Shown here: one piece after another, positions 60,492 to 64,000 of the stretch
Position numbering within the stretch: the first letter of the stretch is position 1
Layout of the letters: the number at the start of each line of letters is the position of its first letter
Program-made: the position numbers and the translations under genes
Origin: a virus
Length of the DNA: 64,000 bases
Reading direction: 5' to 3' (one strand)
Virus record (IMG/VR): IMGVR_UViG_3300020477_000001
Location: 1-64,000 of that record
The notes under the pieces: generated by a model
What the model was told of the DNA's origin: nothing
Databases searched by the model: none
What the model saw: only the letters and a program-made list of their open reading frames with translations

Positions 60492-61401
60492 ACCAAGTTT
60501 TTATCTCTTTCTTTGTCATTTCTCCAAAATCGCACTTGGAGGGAAGTTTAATGTTTATTTGGTTTGGGTCAAAGAACTTTTTTAACTTCTTTTCAGCCTT
60601 TTCTGCCGCTAAGTTTCCTGCATTATTATTCTTCGAATCATCGTTAAAGGATACGTATATTTTGTCTGGGTCAGCTTTAATTATTGAATTAAGAACTTCA
60701 GTGCTGACATCCAAACCGAACGTAACTATCGAGTTTTTGATTCCGCAATCCCACAAAGCTAGCATGTCACCGATGCTTTCTACTAGGATTACTTCTTTTT
60801 TTTGTCTGATAATTTTAAAATTATTTTTCAATGGGTACTTCCAGCTAGCTTTACCACCGTAGTGTTTCCATTTGGGGCGTTTGTCGCTTCCTTCGGTTAG
60901 GTCTCTCCCTGCAAGACCGACAAGTTCGCTGTTGTAATTAAAAATTGGGAATACATATCTCTTCGCCATGATTCCAGCCTCAACTACTCCGCCCTTAAAT
61001 TCTTCAAGGGTTTCTTGCGACACGCCTCTATCGATCCAATATTTGTGGTCTGGAATAATTTTTAATAAATATTCTTCTTTTAAAACCTTCGGGGTTTTTT
61101 CAGTTTTGTTGTTTTGGATTCTGCTTTTCTCGTTGAGGGTTCTTTCTGTGATTTGCACTTTCCCGCCGAGCCATTGCTTGGCTTCCTCCGTAGATTTCAG
61201 ATTTAGAGACAGTTTAACTAACTCTTGGAAGGAGCCACTAATGTTGGCGCTGAAGTCGATAAAGTAGCCGTTATTTTTTCTTACGCTAAGGACCGTATTA
61301 CTGGATGAATCTCTATAAATAGGCTTCATCCTTAACTCTTTGCCATTGTCGGTTATATTCGAATAACCAATTTCTAATAGTATGTCTTTAATCTCCTGCA
61401 T
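60484..61401 (-). CDS. dnaG: DnaG-type TOPRIM primase
   Basis: RYVFPI..GLAGR..PKW, ILVESIGDML and SFNDD..AG. Confidence 0.85.
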   Translation of the reverse strand: MQEIKDILLEIGYSNITDNGKELRMKPIYRDSSSNTVLSVRKNNGYFIDFSANISGSFQELVKLSLNLKSTEEAKQWLGGKVQITERTLNEKSRIQNNKTEKTPKVLKEEYLLKIIPDHKYWIDRGVSQETLEEFKGGVVEAGIMAKRYVFPIFNYNSELVGLAGRDLTEGSDKRPKWKHYGGKASWKYPLKNNFKIIRQKKEVILVESIGDMLALWDCGIKNSIVTFGLDVSTEVLNSIIKADPDKIYVSFNDDSKNNNAGNLAAEKAEKKLKKFFDPNQINIKLPSKCDFGEMTKKEIKTWYE

Positions 61402-62876
61402 TAGAATAATTCGCCGTCATTTGAGCTTTGGTCTTCTGCCGCAAAGTTTTCGTTTTCTGTGTTTACTATATCCCTAAGACTTCCTCTTTCTTCGATATCG
61501 AAATTTTCTACTTGGAAGTTCAAGAAGTTGTTCATGAACCTTTCTGATCCGTCTTGTAGCGTCCTTCTAATTATGTCGTGATGCCCAGCGGCGTCTTTAC
61601 CTTGGAAGCGGGTTTTAAGGGGTATGAGTTTATGGGTTCCAAACCTGTCGCCGTCTTCGGCCATTTCTTCTAGGCTTTTGCGCCTAAAAATTGCCACGAA
61701 GCTGGCAAACCATTGTAGTCTGTCTGAAAGAGAAATTGCTGACGAGTCATCTACTAGGGCTCCTTGAGACCCTCTTTCGCCGCTTCGGTTCATCTGCATG
61801 GCGGTAATTATCGGGGCGTTAATTTCTTCTGACAGTTTTTTTAGTTTGTCAATTTTATCACCAATAGCTTGATGCTCGGCCCAGTTAGCTGCAACTCTTT
61901 CGCCTGTAAGTTTCACGTAATCATACGCCAAGATACATCTATTGCCTCTGCCGACTTTAGAGAAGTACCAGCGTCTTACCATCGAGCAAATTTGATCTAT
62001 GTTTTTATTCCCCACAAAGAAGTGGTCGCATTTCATATTTTTAATTTGCTTAATTTTTGACCTAAAAGCCTTAACGTAGTCCTCTCTTTTTCTCCAGTTG
62101 CCAGTTTCAAGGAACCACATAGGTATTCCCGTTAGCGATGACGCAACCCTAAACTGGATGTCAACCGTGCTCATTTCTGTGTCAAGAATTAAGGCTGGTA
62201 CATTATTTATCGCCGCCGACTTGATGAGCATGTTACTTATGAATGTAGTTTTGCCTTGCGCTGGCCTAGAAACAATTGCGTAAATATTGCCTTCTCTGAG
62301 ACCGCCATACATTCTGTTGAATTCTGCGTATGGCGTTTGAAGCCCACTTTCACTTTCTGGTGTGTTTCCCCTTTCTTCTATTAGCTCTTCTACGTTTTCG
62401 AAAAGATTTACTGGTTCATCTTCTATCTCATATTCTTGCATTTTGTCTCCATAGATTTTATCGCAACTTGAAATTATGTCTGACAGGGATTCTGTTCCGC
62501 ATCCTTTTGAGTAGTCTTGAATTTTTTTACCTACGCCATAAATCTCTCTTCGAATTCTGAGTTTTAGTAATTCTTTCGTTGACTCTAGCGTTGCTTCCTC
62601 TGTTATTTGAGTAAACGATATATTGTCTATGTACCTGTAAATATCTATTTCTTCATTGAACGAAATTCCTAAGTTCTTAATTTTCTCTGATAAAATTACT
62701 TTATCTAGATTCCCGCCATTGTTTAGTATGTTCGAAATAACTGAGAAGATTGTCGAGTGTACCTCATTTACGAAGTCTTTCTCGGTAATAAACCTCTGTA
62801 CCTCTGGGAATAGATTTGAGTATTTTAATAACCCACCTAATACGTGCTTTTCTACTTTTAACGAATATATTTCCAT
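61401..62876 (-). CDS. dnaB: Replicative DnaB-like helicase
   Basis: Walker A SRPAQGKTT, DTEMS, YDYVKL, QMNR and KTRF. Confidence 0.92.
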   Translation of the reverse strand: MEIYSLKVEKHVLGGLLKYSNLFPEVQRFITEKDFVNEVHSTIFSVISNILNNGGNLDKVILSEKIKNLGISFNEEIDIYRYIDNISFTQITEEATLESTKELLKLRIRREIYGVGKKIQDYSKGCGTESLSDIISSCDKIYGDKMQEYEIEDEPVNLFENVEELIEERGNTPESESGLQTPYAEFNRMYGGLREGNIYAIVSRPAQGKTTFISNMLIKSAAINNVPALILDTEMSTVDIQFRVASSLTGIPMWFLETGNWRKREDYVKAFRSKIKQIKNMKCDHFFVGNKNIDQICSMVRRWYFSKVGRGNRCILAYDYVKLTGERVAANWAEHQAIGDKIDKLKKLSEEINAPIITAMQMNRSGERGSQGALVDDSSAISLSDRLQWFASFVAIFRRKSLEEMAEDGDRFGTHKLIPLKTRFQGKDAAGHHDIIRRTLQDGSERFMNNFLNFQVENFDIEERGSLRDIVNTENENFAAEDQSSNDGELF

Positions 62877-62892
62877 AACAAACCGTGAGAAG

Positions 62893-62921
62893 ACGCTAAC
62901 TTGTTTTTTAAGTTAGGTCAA
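62893..62921 (-). promoter_or_regulatory. Sigma70-like promoter TTGACC-17-TAGCGT upstream of dnaB
   Basis: Minus strand reads TTGACC TAACTTAAAAAACAAGT TAGCGT; same spacer motif as the other two copies. Confidence 0.6.
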
Positions 62922-62944
62922 GAAAAATAAAATTGAGAGGGGAC

Positions 62945-63232
62945 TTAGAATAAATCTTCTTCGTCGTCTTCGTCGTCTTCGATGATTTCGCAATCCTCCG
63001 CGAGGAATGAGTCCACTAAGTCTTCGACTTCCACTTCTTCGGTAGCTTTTGTCCAGCTACTAATGAAACTATGTAATCCTAACATAGTAATTTCGCTGTC
63101 TAGGTCTCCGACTATTTCTGGCTTGCCGTCTTTATTGACAAAGAAGACAATATATCCACCCGTTGTCCACTCGTTTAGGTTATGAAGGACTGATGGGGGG
63201 ATCGAGCTTTTTTGGCGTTTTTTTTCGTCCAT
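62945..63232 (-). CDS. Small acidic hypothetical protein
   Basis: 95-aa ORF with an AAGG leader and a DEDDEEDLF tail. Confidence 0.65.
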   Translation of the reverse strand: MDEKKRQKSSIPPSVLHNLNEWTTGGYIVFFVNKDGKPEIVGDLDSEITMLGLHSFISSWTKATEEVEVEDLVDSFLAEDCEIIEDDEDDEEDLF

Positions 63233-63240
63233 CCTTTAGT

Positions 63241-63248
63241 TATTACAC
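63241..63248 (-). promoter_or_regulatory. GTGTAATA motif (late-type promoter) on minus strand
   Basis: tattacac at 63241-63248, 8 nt upstream of the ATG at 63232. Confidence 0.55.
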
Positions 63249-63252
63249 TAAT

Positions 63253-63669
63253 TTAAAGGATCAATCCGAATTTTTCTTTAAAGAACGTCTTAGACATTTC
63301 TCCTATTTCATTTTCTTCTATTTCTATTAATTTAAATTTATTTTTATCAAGCCATTCAGCTTTCTTAAAGTCTCTTTTTATCGAGTCCAGATATTTCACT
63401 CTGGAGTTACTGTGGAAAAATTTATTAAATTCCGAGTGCTGTTTTCCATTAACTTCTATGGCTACCTTTAAGGTGGCGTTAAGTAAGTCAACTTTCATCT
63501 TGGTTCCGTAAACCGGAAATTCTTCGTACACAACGTGACCTAGCCAAAAATCCTTAAAAAATTGTTTTACTCTGAATTGTATTTTTGATCTAGATTTAGA
63601 GTCCCAGCTAATGAGACACTTGGAGACGTTTTTGTTCTGGAGCTTGCCATAAACGTTATATAGTCTCAT
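63253..63669 (-). CDS. Vsr/DUF559-like PD-(D/E)XK endonuclease
   Basis: SKIQ..V, YEEFPV...KVDLL...VAIEVNGKQH and RD..K..W. The likely start is the ATG at 63669, because the longer ORF runs into the tmRNA. Confidence 0.75.
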   Translation of the reverse strand: MRLYNVYGKLQNKNVSKCLISWDSKSRSKIQFRVKQFFKDFWLGHVVYEEFPVYGTKMKVDLLNATLKVAIEVNGKQHSEFNKFFHSNSRVKYLDSIKRDFKKAEWLDKNKFKLIEIEENEIGEMSKTFFKEKFGLIL

Positions 63670-63675
63670 AAAAAT

Positions 63676-64000
63676 TGGTGGAGGCGAGGGGAGTCGAACC
63701 CCTGTCTTTAAAACCATCTGCTCAGATATACTACAAGCTTAGTTAGTGTTAATTTTCGTGCTTCGTCACTAACAACTACACACGAGGTTGGAGGCACTTT
63801 ATTTATACTAGACTCCTCGCCCTTCCTAGTTTTTTTTGCTCGTTATCGACGCCCTAGCTCCTTAACGAGCATCCAGAGTAGGACGGGTAGCTTACGCAGC
63901 TACAGCAGCTTCTTCAGCCCAGCCGTGCTTAGCGAGGATCGCGTCAGCTTCGGCAACCGAAGGAGCCATATCAACGTTATTATTGGCAGTTGAATACCTA
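63676..64000 (-). ncRNA. ssrA: tmRNA (5' end beyond window)
   Basis: 3' end GACAGGGGTTCGACTCCCCTCGCCTCCACCA (T-arm, Ala-type acceptor strand, encoded CCA). Tag ORF 63987-63892 follows TCAACT and reads ANNNVDMAPSVAEADAILAKHGWAEEAAVAA-stop. Confidence 0.93.

Noticed and set aside
63670-63717. N-terminal extension MVLKTGVRLPSPPPIF of the 154-aa ORF
   Set aside because: It is the translated tmRNA T-arm and acceptor stem; the ATG at 63669 is the plausible start.
63676-63750. Stand-alone tRNA gene
   Set aside because: It has a T-arm and CCA but no D-arm or anticodon arm at tRNA spacing, and the upstream tag ORF identifies it as tmRNA.
1-64000. Alternative genetic code (stop-codon reassignment)
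   Set aside because: Genes are long and tightly packed under the standard code, and TAA, TAG and TGA all end genes at sensible boundaries.

Overview
A 64-kb piece of a large tailed dsDNA bacteriophage genome, probably a long-tailed siphovirus-like jumbo phage, since no tail sheath gene is seen in the tail module. Positions 1-50046 (+ strand) are a virion morphogenesis region. It runs from a collagen-like fibre, a LamG protein, a glycosyltransferase/sulfotransferase fusion and a nucleotidyltransferase, through neck/tail-completion genes, the tail tube and two putative chaperones, to a 4792-aa tape measure protein (TMP), baseplate/tail-tip proteins and a methyltransferase. Positions 50056-64000 (- strand) are a convergent replication/modification region. 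It holds a manA-like ncRNA, an annealase-like protein, glycosyltransferases, a Whirly-like SSB candidate, a DNA polymerase III alpha spread over three genes (PHP, DEDDh exonuclease, core), a cupin, a PD-(D/E)XK nuclease, DnaG, DnaB, a Vsr-like nuclease and the 3' part of a tmRNA with a 31-residue tag. The best candidate for an undescribed system is inside the TMP. Nine copies of a G-[FYHL]-[IV]-P-N-F motif delimit eight modules, some with enzyme-like signatures, which suggests a polyprotein that delivers cleavable cargo into the host during DNA ejection. All product calls come from motif recognition and gene order; no database search was run.
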